Part shown: in pieces, positions 31,501 through 43,500 of the stretch | Layout: each line of letters begins with the position of its first letter | Numbering within the stretch: position 1 is the first letter of the stretch | DNA from: Methanobacteriota archaeon | GTDB taxonomy: Archaea > Thermoplasmatota > Poseidoniia > Poseidoniales > Poseidoniaceae | DNA: 64,000 bases | Direction of reading: 5' to 3' | Assembly (NCBI GenBank): GCA_949514915.1 | Contig: CATFLP010000104.1 | Location: 2,480-66,479, forward strand | The notes under the pieces: generated by a model | What the model was told of the DNA's origin: nothing | Seen by the model: only the letters and a program-made list of their open reading frames with translations | Databases searched by the model: none | Program-made: the position numbers and the translations under genes

Positions 31501-34494
31501 GTGATTATGTCGCGGTTTTTCAATCAATCAAAAGTAATGGTGCTTTGTTTAATGATGTTTTGTTCAATTTTATCTTCAGTAATTTCTGTAGAATCTGAAA
31601 CAGAAGATTTGTCTATTTCACCAGTGGTTAAATACGTAGATACTCCAAATCAAGATTATCGTTTTTATTTTGATGGGAAAACTCAAGCTGATGAACAATC
31701 AGGAGATTTCCCCCAATCTGATGGAAAAATAACTACAAAAGAACCGAGTAGCGGAAACCAAGCATCAGTAAGTATTATTGAAAACACTGCAGAATTTACA
31801 ACACCATATTTACTTTCAGACATTAATATCAGTGGAGTAAATAATGAAATAATCTTCAATGTATTTTTTCAATTTGAAGGCCCAGCAGAAGCATCAGCAG
31901 AAATGTCTGTAAAATTAACCACTGATGCAGGAGTCCTTATTTCTACTGTCAATGAAGATTTAGAAGATCCTTGCTCCACTTCCCCCTTCTCGAGTCAGCC
32001 TAATTGTGACGAAGATAATCCCGATGATGAAAGTCTACTCTTAGAGAATGTTGGAACTACTTTAGTTGAATCGGATGGATTTTTGAAAGTTGAAATAGAA
32101 ATAGTTTCTAAAAACGGTTGTGATTCTGGTGGCTTTGGTACTGGAGGATGCGATGTAAAAATATTTTTTGGAGATATTAATAATGATAATTCTGAAACAT
32201 ATCTTAATGTAAGGACAAATACACTTTCTGGAAGTTCAATTAAAGTGCATAAAGAAGGTGCAGGATGGAACGATGTAGAAACTATTGATTGGTATCCTCA
32301 TGATTCTGATGAAGATCGTAATATGCAAATTTCAGTTGATATTAGGAGTGCATTTGGTAGGGCAGATATAAATGAAATTGAAGTATTTATTGACGATGCT
32401 GATGGAGTAGATGGAATTTCTGAATTTTCACATATATTTTCCAATAATGATTTGAAATTAGATAATGGGGGGCTAGTAGGTAATGTTATCTATAGTTATC
32501 AAAAAGGTGGCCTTAAAGCGGGTACATATCCAATTGAATTAAGAGTGACTGATTTGCAACATAATTCTCCAGTAATATTTAGTCATGAACCATTAATATC
32601 TCATACTTATGGGGTCGATTTTGAATTATCAGATGAACAGGGAGATACATTATTGGTTGCTCCAGATCAAACTAGTAGGTTGGAATTCTCACTAACTCAT
32701 ATTGGTTATGCTGACAATGAAATTTCTGTAGAATTATCTATACAACCTCCATTGACAAATGATTGGCAAGTAGAGTTTGATCAACCAGTAGGGGGATATC
32801 AGTTAGATTACGGTGGAACTAATATTAAACCAACATTACTTATTAAAGCACCAGCTGAAGATATGTCTACTACTCCTAGCACAATCAATATTATCGCAGT
32901 ACCAAAAGTAAATGGATCTCAAGTTACTGATGTATCTCAAATTCTACTTGATGTTGAACAAATAGATGTCTTTTCAGACCCTAGATTGTCAATTTTCGAA
33001 GATGCGGAACACCAAATACAAATTGGAGATTCAGTTGATGGTGATTTTGATGTTAATGCCTCAAACTTTGTAGATTTTGAAGGAATTGGCGAGTTTTATC
33101 TTGATGTCAGAAATACAGGTTTTGATGTCGATCAATTTAGAATGAAATTCCTTGAAATTCCAGATCAATGGGATGCAGCATTTGTAGATAACAACACAGG
33201 AGAAGCGATTGTTAAAGATCAGGGTGCATATCCTACAGGAGATGTAAATTCAAATGTAATTGAGACAGTATTAATCGAAGTATATCCTCCTATTGATCGT
33301 GAAGCACCAGATCTTGGTAAAATAACCTTAGAAGTTACTAGTGCTAATGATTTGACTTTGAGGGCAACAATTTCATTTACAGTGCAAAGAACATTTGGTG
33401 TACATTCTACAGTAATTTATGATTGTGATGCTTCCCCGTTAGGATATGTTAATGCTGAACTTTCAACTTGTGAAAATCCTGAGTTTAATGATGAAACATT
33501 TAGGCTTAAAGTAACTAGTACCGCTTCTGAATCTGATACGCAGATAACAACTTTCCAATTAAAAAATCCTAGTTTATTGGATAAAATAATTTTAACTCCT
33601 GATGGGGAACTTGTTTCTCAGAAGGATTATTACGGCACTTGGGATTTTGAAATATATGATAGTAATAGTTCATTAGCATCAAATGTAAAATTATCTTCTG
33701 GAGATTCTACTGAAATAAAACTTCTCATAACTCCAAGTATGGGTATGCTTTCAGGAGATCATACGATTTATTTGAGAATAATCGAGGAAGTAGAAGCTGA
33801 TTCGGGAATAGAACCTAAATATTTTGACATGCCTTTGACAGTATTTATTGGTGAAGATGAGCCACAGATAGAGATAACTCAAACCTCAGCTAATGAATTG
33901 ATAGGAATAAATTCTTTTGAAGAGATTGAAATGCGTGTTTATAATGTTGCTAATGTTGAAGCATTAGTGCTATTGAAATTAGAATCAACAATAGGTGGAG
34001 ATTGGAAAGTCGAAATAGAATCTGAAGATGGAGGGGAGTTATTAACCGTTGCACCTTTTAGTGAAAAGAACTTCACAATTAGAATCGATTCGCCTCCTTG
34101 TATGAGGCATAATGAAGTATATGACTTTGAGATTACAGCTAAACCATTAGATCTCAATGAGGCATATGGTTCAGAGTACACTACAGTTAAAACAGTAAGA
34201 ATACAGACAAATGTAGACAATATACCTTGCAGAATCCAATCAGAATTATTTAGTGAACCAGACCCAATTACACTAGGAGTTCTAGGATCTGTTGTGCTTA
34301 TGGCTGTATTTTGGTTTTCACGTAGAGGTGCAAATGGTCAAGAATTAGATATGTGGGATGTCGAAGAATCATTCGATGAGAGCAGCGATATCCAATCTTC
34401 TATTTCTGAAGAAATAGAAACTAATGAAGAAACTATTGAAGATATTCCAGAACCTATACATTATGAAGAAGTAGAATTAGTTGAAGAAGACTAA
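31501..34494 (+). CDS. Giant (997 aa) secreted, membrane-anchored surface protein, unknown family
   Basis: N-terminal signal peptide, long Asp/Thr/Ser/Asn-rich beta-type ectodomain, and a single C-terminal TM (GVLGSVVLMAVFWF) followed by a strongly acidic tail. The ATG at 31507 is the probable start. Confidence 0.7.
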   Translation: MIMSRFFNQSKVMVLCLMMFCSILSSVISVESETEDLSISPVVKYVDTPNQDYRFYFDGKTQADEQSGDFPQSDGKITTKEPSSGNQASVSIIENTAEFTTPYLLSDINISGVNNEIIFNVFFQFEGPAEASAEMSVKLTTDAGVLISTVNEDLEDPCSTSPFSSQPNCDEDNPDDESLLLENVGTTLVESDGFLKVEIEIVSKNGCDSGGFGTGGCDVKIFFGDINNDNSETYLNVRTNTLSGSSIKVHKEGAGWNDVETIDWYPHDSDEDRNMQISVDIRSAFGRADINEIEVFIDDADGVDGISEFSHIFSNNDLKLDNGGLVGNVIYSYQKGGLKAGTYPIELRVTDLQHNSPVIFSHEPLISHTYGVDFELSDEQGDTLLVAPDQTSRLEFSLTHIGYADNEISVELSIQPPLTNDWQVEFDQPVGGYQLDYGGTNIKPTLLIKAPAEDMSTTPSTINIIAVPKVNGSQVTDVSQILLDVEQIDVFSDPRLSIFEDAEHQIQIGDSVDGDFDVNASNFVDFEGIGEFYLDVRNTGFDVDQFRMKFLEIPDQWDAAFVDNNTGEAIVKDQGAYPTGDVNSNVIETVLIEVYPPIDREAPDLGKITLEVTSANDLTLRATISFTVQRTFGVHSTVIYDCDASPLGYVNAELSTCENPEFNDETFRLKVTSTASESDTQITTFQLKNPSLLDKIILTPDGELVSQKDYYGTWDFEIYDSNSSLASNVKLSSGDSTEIKLLITPSMGMLSGDHTIYLRIIEEVEADSGIEPKYFDMPLTVFIGEDEPQIEITQTSANELIGINSFEEIEMRVYNVANVEALVLLKLESTIGGDWKVEIESEDGGELLTVAPFSEKNFTIRIDSPPCMRHNEVYDFEITAKPLDLNEAYGSEYTTVKTVRIQTNVDNIPCRIQSELFSEPDPITLGVLGSVVLMAVFWFSRRGANGQELDMWDVEESFDESSDIQSSISEEIETNEETIEDIPEPIHYEEVELVEED

Positions 34495-34497
34495 TTT

Positions 34498-34515
34498 CTC
34501 CCCCTAAAGGGGGAG
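34498..34515 (+). terminator. Perfect 8-bp hairpin (CTCCCCCT / AGGGGGAG) just after the stop of the 997-aa gene
   Basis: Seen directly in the sequence. No clean oligo-T tract follows, so a terminator role is uncertain; it may instead be a processing or attenuation structure between the two giant genes. Confidence 0.2.
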
Positions 34516-34578
34516 TCTTGTATGAACAACGTACCATTCCCCTTAAGTCCTTCTTTGACCGGCTACTGTTGAGGTGAG

Positions 34579-37500
34579 ATGATTTCATACACAGAAATAC
34601 AGTCAGGCCGCGCTAAAGAAAATGAGATAAATTTGCTAATAATCAAGCAAAGGCGCTCAATTTTCATGATTATACTGCTCTTAGGAGTTACATTTGCCAC
34701 AATACAGTTTGCATCTTGGCAAGCAATGGCTTCAAGTGATCAAGATGGAGACGGATTAATTACATCAATAGAATATTTATTGAATACTCAGATCCAAAAT
34801 TGGGATTCTGACGGAGACGGACTTCCAGATGGATGGGAGTGGAAATATGGATTGAATCCATTAAGTGCATCTGTAGGAGATGATGGACAAACAGGAGATC
34901 CAGATGGTGATCAATTAACTAATTTACAAGAGTATAATTACGGCCTTCCACCCAATTGGGATAATTCAAACACTCCAGATGTATTGGATAATGGAGTTTG
35001 GTGGAATGGTACAGTTCCAGTAAATAATTGGAACGAAGAAGATGCACTACAATACAATCAACCAGGTTGTGGAGATTCAGGCGCAGATGGAGTTGGAGGA
35101 GTAATTCTTTGTGATGAAGATCCTGTAGGTGATATTTGTTCTGATGGGTTTGATAATGATCATGATGGGCAAATAGATGCTCAAGATTCAGATAATGATG
35201 GTGATGCTGTTTGTGGAAGTAATGATGATGATGGTGACGGTTTGATTGATGAAGATCCATATGGTTGGGATACTGACGCTGATGGATTAAGTGATGGTTG
35301 GGAAGTTGCTAATGGTTTGGATCCTACAGATCCTACAGGAAATAATGGTGCACAAGGAGACCCTGATGGAGACGGCATGATTAATATTTATGAATACATT
35401 AACCCTAGTTGGGACACTCAATGTAATGCTGCAGATTGTTTTTGGCCTGCACCGTCACATTATGCTCCGTCCGATGTAATGACAGGAACTGAAAGCCCAT
35501 GTAATCCAGTTACAGGAGATGGTCCTAATGGATGTGCAAATCTTGTTGCCGAAGTAGATGGCAATACACAAACAAATCCAAATAATCCTGATACAGATGG
35601 CGACTCAATTTCAGATGGCGACGAAGTTACGATTTGGTTGACTGATCCTACAGAGGCAGATACTGATGGTGATGGATTAACTGATGGAGTAGAGATTAAC
35701 AGTGGATATGGTAATCCAGCTCAAGCAACAGATCCTAGAAATAATAATACTGACGGAGATGCATGGGATGATGGAGATGAAGATGTAAACTTCAATGGTC
35801 AAATTGATGGAAACGAAAGTGATCCTACACGTAGAGAAGATACGGGCGATTTTGATGAAGATGGAATAGACAATTGGGAAGAAAATTTGACATGTACCGA
35901 TTGGAATAATGCAGATACAGATTACGGGGGAGTTTTAGATGGAGATGAAGTAAATCCATTACATGGAACAGATCCTTGTGATTCATTAGTTGATGAAGTA
36001 TCAACAATTCTTTCATGGGGTAGTGCTACTTTGACTCTAAGTGATGCTAGTGCATTCAATCCTAATGGAGGAAAAGGATGGTATCAAAGTACAAGTGGTA
36101 TTTTGACTGAGTTTGATTATGCGGCTAAAGTTGGAAATCAACTTAACAATGTAAATGTTGCACCAAGTGGTGGAGATATTGTACTTGCAAAAGATGGTTC
36201 ATGGTGTAGGATGGATGCAGAGGCAGATGGGACTATCTTCACAACAAGACAATATTGTGATGATGATTTTTATGATACAGATGGTGATGGCTTAGCAGAT
36301 TGGCAAGAGAGAACCGCATTTTTTGGATATTTTTCAAATCATACAAATGTAGATTCAGATGGCGATGGCCAAAATGATTATGATGAAGTAATGGGTGCTA
36401 CAGATCCTTTGATTGCTTGTGAAAATTCATTAGATGCAGATAATGATGGCGTGAATGATTATTTTGAAACGACCACTGGTTGTAATCTTGTGTATATTGG
36501 TGTATTAAGTGGAGGAAATGACAATTATGTCACAGATCCTTTGATTTTTGATACAGATAATGGTGGAGTAAGCGACTATCAGGAATATTTTGATGGTACA
36601 AACCCAGAAGATGACCCATCTGATGATATAAACCCTCAAGATACAGATGGTGATGGAATTCCAGATTCAATAGAGAATCTTACTGGAACTGATTGGAGGA
36701 ATCCAGATACAGATGGCGGAGGAATGTCTGACTATGCAGAATGCCCACCACAATTTTGGGCAACATTGTGTAATGGTTCTAATTATGATCCTTTTGATCC
36801 AACAGATGATGTGACTGATGAAAATGTGGTATTTTGGGCTAATACAACTAGTAATTTACTTGATAGAGATTCAACATTGTATTGGAGAGTGAATACTTAT
36901 GATAATTATACTGGAGGAGGATATGGTATAGATGCATCTTCACATCCATCACAACTTATGAGTCCTAATTATCTAAACACTACTTGGATAGCAGATTCAA
37001 CATATTCTAATGGTACAATAAGTTGGAATATGGCTTATAATTCTCCTATTTCAAATGGTCTTACTGTTCCAATGCCTCATAATTGGGAAGCATTGGATAT
37101 TTGGTCAGATCCAACTTCAAAACTTGAGCGTTGGGATAGAGTTTCCACAGTTACAGCTGATGGTTCTCCATTATTCGAATTAACAACTCAAGCTAAGCAA
37201 TTATGGTATGAAGAAGCAGATTTAGATGATTCAGAACCTCATATTCCAAGTTCATTAGAATTAAATTTACCCTCTTATTTCTCAGATGGAGTTTCTAATG
37301 AATCGATTGTTGATACAATTACACAAGAAGTAATAGCAGATTCAGGTGAAACAAGTGGTTTTGGTATGGCATTCGCACTTGCAGAATATCTGAGGCAAGG
37401 AAATGAGACTTTATTTTATCAAATTAATTACAATGGTTCCGGTGTTGATCCGAGTGATGATATTGTCTGGCATATTCTTAATAATTCAAAAGAAGGGACT

Positions 37501-40500
37501 TGTTCAGACTTTGTTACTGTATTTGTAACAATGGCTAGACTTGCAGGGATTCCTGCACGTAAAGTATCTGGATTTATGAATGGAGAGCAAACAACAGATG
37601 GATATGAAGTTTCTAGTACTAATGCTGCAGTTTGGGCAGAATTTCACCTAAGAAGTGTTTCTACGGGGGCGGATTTAGGCTGGATTCCTATAGATCCTTG
37701 CCCACAACCATTAGAGATTGAATTAGTTAATATGACTTATATTCCAGATACATGGGATCGAGATGGGCTAACAAATATTACAATTGAAGGAGACTTAGTA
37801 TATTCTAGCAACGGTACAGGGATAGATGGAAATACTGTTCGAGGATATCTTGCTCAAGCACCTCAAGATCCTGAGGCATCAGTTACTACAGACTCATCAT
37901 TGTTAGTAGGTACTGCAACAGTTACAAATGCTACAGGCCACTTTATAATCACTGGAGTTCCTGCTGAAGCAGTAATGCCTGGTTTCCAAAAGATTGTAGT
38001 TGTTAATTCTGCTGAAGAATATATTCCTCCTAGAATTCATGAATATCCTGGACATATTAATGTGACAGATGATAGTGTGCTTGTTCATACTTCATCTACA
38101 TCAATAGGTCAAGGGGCAACTACAGATTTCAGTGGTACATTAAATTTTGAAAACATACCTCTTTTAGATGTTTCAGAAATGGCTAATTTGACTGTGCAAT
38201 TAGATTATACTTCACAAGTTTCAGGGGCGGAATCAGTTACTACAGAAGTTGGTAAAGGTGGGGAATGGTCATTTTCATTAACATTAGATCCATCTGAACC
38301 GCTTGGACCTTTACAATTTACAGTATCATTCCTAGGGTGGGAAGACCCAGATGAAACTTATCCAGGTTCACCGATACATCTACGAGCATCATCTATTATT
38401 GTTAATGCTACAGTATCATTAGCTCCTGATGTTCAAGGTACTGTGGAGGGGCATGAAGTTAATAGTTCAAGATTATTGGTTGGGAATTATGTTTATGTGA
38501 ACGGAACAGCAAATAGTGCAGGAGCAAATCCATCACCAATGGATGGTTTGCTCGAATTAGGAATCAGAGCAAATGGTTCTGGATTAGATTATCTTGTAGT
38601 ATTTAATCAATCAGTAAATGGAAGCTTTTCAATCTCTTATTTGCTTAATGCATCGTCAATTAACATACCTGCAGGACTTATTGATGTGAGATTAAGATTC
38701 TATCCTACAACATTAGATACAACAGATGATGCCGATTTAGGTGATGAATATTTGCTTAGAAGTTATTTGACTTTTGAAATATATGCAACTCCTCAGATGA
38801 GGGGTTCAGATGCTAATGTAGCAGTAACTGCTAAAGATCATAGGGGAATAAGTACTGATTTAGATTTGACAGGTACTTTCAATCATTTCTTTGACAGTGC
38901 ATTAGTAAATACTAGTGTTGATCCTTTATCAAATCCAATTCCAGTTAATTGGGCAACATTGAGTTCAATGCTTCCTGGAGACTATGTGTTTGAAACTAAT
39001 TTTGGAGGTTCAGAATTATATGAAGCATCTAGTAGTCAAGAATTTATTAGAATTCAAGGTTATGCTGCATTACAAGTATCATTAAGTTCAAATTGGATAC
39101 ATATTGGAGATGTTGGATATTTAACTGGGCAGTTAATTGATGAAGATAAATCACCACCTGGTCCAATTACTGGTAATGCAACTGAAATAATTCTCCAGAT
39201 TTTAGAACAAGAACAATTAAAGGATACAATTATTGGAAATGGAACAGTAGATGTAAATACTGGAGAATTCAATATTTCCTTTATGATGCCATCTGGATTA
39301 TCTGCTGGAGCCTATTTATTTTCAGTAACTCCTTCTGGATTAATTGAACCAGAATATTATATTATGCCTAGAGCAATTAATGTTACTGTGGGATTAGAAT
39401 CTGAATTTAAATTGGAGGTTGCTGATTCTGAAGGAGATCCAGTAAATGGTGCAAATGTTTTGAATGCACCACTAAGTGGAGATTTAGAATTTGGAGTCTT
39501 TGCAATAGATATTGGTAATAATTCTAGAGTTTCAGATAGAACAATACATGCGGTATTTGATTGGAATGGTAGTCAACAGGCATTACCTGATGAAGTAACT
39601 CAGACATGGAACATTCCAGATGGTAGAGGCGGTTTTACAACAGAAGCAGGTTCTGCTAATTTTACTTGGACAATACCTGGAGGGACAGCACCTGGAACTT
39701 ATATTCTAAGAATATATATTGATGATGATGTTTCAGATTTAATCTCAGATATTGATCCTGCAAGATGGATTGGAAACGAAACATTCGTAGATGTTACAAT
39801 ACAAGTTCCTTCAGCAGTTGTTATTGATTGGATACAACCAGAAGTTACAGCTGGAGCATTTTTCTCAGTATCAGGTCATGTAGAGGATGGAGACGATAAT
39901 ACAAGAGTTTTCAATGGTCCAATTTCTCTTAAGGTGTACTTTTTAACAGACGAGGATGAACAGTTGATTACAACATATGTCACTAATGCAACAGGATGGT
40001 TTAACATCTCATCTCCAACTGATTCATCATTAGATGGAGTTTCAAGTGGAGATAGAATTGTAGTAGTTGAAGTAATAAATGGATCTAATATTTACTACTT
40101 GCCAAGTTCTGATCAAGCATCAATTCACGTAACAGGAGTTAGTGCCTTTGTAGAGTTAAATCATAGTAATCCAATAATAATAAATCGTGGTGAAACATTA
40201 GAAGTATTTTCTAAATTAGTTGAAACATCTGCTACATGTTCAGCATGTGCATTTGATACACCAATTGATGTTCGTCAGAAAAATAAACCTGTATATTTCT
40301 TGTTTGATGAAACATGGTTGCCAGGACAAGTTACAAATTCAACAGGAGAAGTTGGATTCAGTTATCAAATACCATTTGATCAACCACTTGGTACAGTAGT
40401 TCTTACTCTGTATTATAATGGATCTAATGATGTACATCCTACAACTAGAAACCTACCATCTACAATAATTCGTTCAGTAACAATATTAGTTATGGACCCA

Positions 40501-43500
40501 ATTGTTGAAAATCCAATGGCAGGTGGGACCTTTAATTTATCTGGAACAATAGAATCAGATAATGGAACTTCGTTAATGAATAGGAACGGTGTGCCTTTGT
40601 TGGCACAGGTTCAAATCACAATGGATGGTCAATCAATTCAGTACGTTGATGGACAAATAAATGCTAATGGAACTTGGTATGCAAATGTATATGTTGAACC
40701 TACAACACCTGCAGGAACACATGAAATTAGAGTTGCATATAATCCACAAGTACCGTTCTACATAAATAGTTCAGTATTTGATACAATTGACATTAGAGGA
40801 TATGCAGTAATTGACTTCCTTGAACCAGGTAATTTACAGAATGCAGATTCTAAAGATAGGGGGACCTCTGTAGATGTTGTAGTTCGCGTCTTTGATAATG
40901 CAGGTCAACCAGTACCAAATGCGTTGGTTAATGTAGATTTATTAACAACAAGTGAAACTGGAACTTTGATTACAAACGCATCAGGTTTAGGAGAGGTTAC
41001 AATTAATATTCCACAAGATGTAAATCCTGGAATTTTTACTTTATTTGCATCTTGGCCTGGAAATGTACAAACAATTGGAAGTACTGGTATTGAGGGAGGT
41101 AACTCTTCAGTTAATTTTGTTGTATTGGCACATACAGAATTAACTCTTGATTCAGTAGAAGGTAGTATGATTGTTGGTGAAAATATATGGGTTAATGGAA
41201 CATTACTTGATGATGTTGGTAATCCCTTATTAGGCGTTGATGGATTAGCTGCTGGTGGATTAGTAAGGCTGTATATCGATAATTTGCCAATTGCTACAAG
41301 CATTAGTGATGGAAATACGGGATTATATTCAATAGAATATGAATTGCCAGAATGGATGAGTGCAGGATCTCATAGTATGCGTGTAGAGTTTAGTGGAGGA
41401 TTTTTGTGGGTAGCCCCATATGCGAATGGAGATTCAGTAAACCCAGAATATTATTGGAATTCTTCATATCCTTCACCTGATCAAGAATTTGATGTATTTG
41501 TCCCTACTGAAGTTGTAGTGATTACACCACAAGGAAGTCAAGTAGATCGAGGTTCTGACTTGATTATTAATGGAACATTAGTAGATATCCAAAATAGAGA
41601 ATTAGGAGGAAGGACTCTGCAAATTTTTGTAGGTGCAAATGATGGAACTCCAGATTATTTTGTGTCAACTAATGAGTATGGAATATTTACAATTTCTTTA
41701 CGTGTGCCTGATGATCAGCCACTAGGTGAACTTGATATTACGATAAGATTTGATGGTGATGATTTCAATCTAAGTTCAGAATCTATCTCTAAGTGGTATG
41801 TATATGCAACAACTTCAGTTTCTATTGATGAATTATCACCTCAAACATTGGGTGATAATATTACAATTACAGGTTTAATTATAGATAATCTTGAAGAATC
41901 ACTAGATCAACACCAATTAAGAATAACACTTGATGGAGTAGAAATTGGTATAATTAACAGTAGTTCTGATGGTTCATGGACTTTTGATTGGGTTATACCT
42001 CCTGGAACAAATTGGGGAGAACATACAATTGGAGTGAGAGCACCTAATCAAGGATATTATCGTGAAAGTTATGCAGAAACATCCTTGTTTGTAGCTCATA
42101 GAAGTTCTTTAGAATATAGTTTAGAGCAAGAATCTGTAGTAAGAGGAGAAAGTTGGAATTTGTCTGGAATACTTTACGATGCAGATGATTTATCGAAGAT
42201 AGGTCTAGGGAATGAAACATTAACTGTTTACTTAGATGGTGTTTTACAGCCACAATCAATTCAAACTGAATCTGATGGTTCGTGGACTTATTATTTGCCA
42301 GTTGATATGTCATTGGAACGTGGAAAACATACTATTTTAGTTGAATTTGCTGGAACAATAACTCATGTTGGAAGTTCTCAAGAGGTTGAAGTCACTGCTT
42401 GGTCTGAAGTAAATATTCAATTTACAGAACTTTCTTCGGAATATGTGGTTCGGGGCTCAGATGAATTCCCAATAGAGATATATGGGGAAATTTCTGAGAT
42501 CGGTGGTAATAATTACAAGTTTTCTAATTTATCCTTGTCTCTTTTGACTGAAGATGGAACTTTAATCTCAAGTCAGCTGAATTGGACAGTAATAGGTACA
42601 CAATTATTCTATATTAGTGCAATAGCACCTACTACTTTATCACCAGGTAATTTAGTTTTAGTAGTTGAATTTTCAGGTTCTGATGAAGAATACTTAGTAT
42701 CTAATTCAAATAATCTGACAATGTTATTGAAAGTAGATGCCACCTTTGAGATGGACTTGGAAACAATTGTTTTGGGTGAAAGAGAAGATATTTATGGAAA
42801 TATTACTGTTACTGCTGACGATACAAGTCAACCATTAGAAGGAATTAGTGTTATTTTGACTTTAGGAAATGAAACAGGGAATTTAATAACAAGGACCTTA
42901 ATTACTAACGAGTTTGGTGTAGCAGAAATAAACTTAGAAAACACACCACCTTATTCAGATACTACATCTTTTGGAACAGTTGAATTAGAGTTAACATCAG
43001 ATGATTCTAGGATTTCAAATAAATCTTTAGTGACATTACAAGCAAAGGTTCCAAATTCCTTAATTTATCAATCAGTTGAAGTAGAAAGCGGCCCATCAGG
43101 TTTTGTTTGGGCTTCATTAGTATCTCTAGTAGTATTAGCAGGAGTTGGTATAATGTGGTATAGAAAGAGAAAACAAGATGTGTTGGATGAGATTGCTAGT
43201 ATCTTTAGTTATACTGCAGAATTACTTGCTCATGGAGATGAAATAAGAGAATCAGTATTCCATTGTTATGAGGACCTTTGTAGAGTATTAACAAAACATG
43301 GTTATCTAAGAAGAGACTTTGAAACAGTAAGGGAATTTGAGATGGCTTTGAGAAGTGCACTTCCTATTCGTGAGAACTTCTTAATTGAATTAGATAATGT
43401 ATTCGAAGAAGCAAGATACTCAAGACATGAGATGAACACACAAGATGCACTGAGGGCACAATCAGCTTTAGAAGGTGTACAAAGTGAATTGGTAAGAATG

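Noticed and set aside
31296-31598. 100-aa plus-strand ORF overlapping tRNA-Leu
   Set aside because: It spans a clear tRNA gene and the promoter region of the giant gene. It begins at a non-ATG start and is almost certainly spurious.
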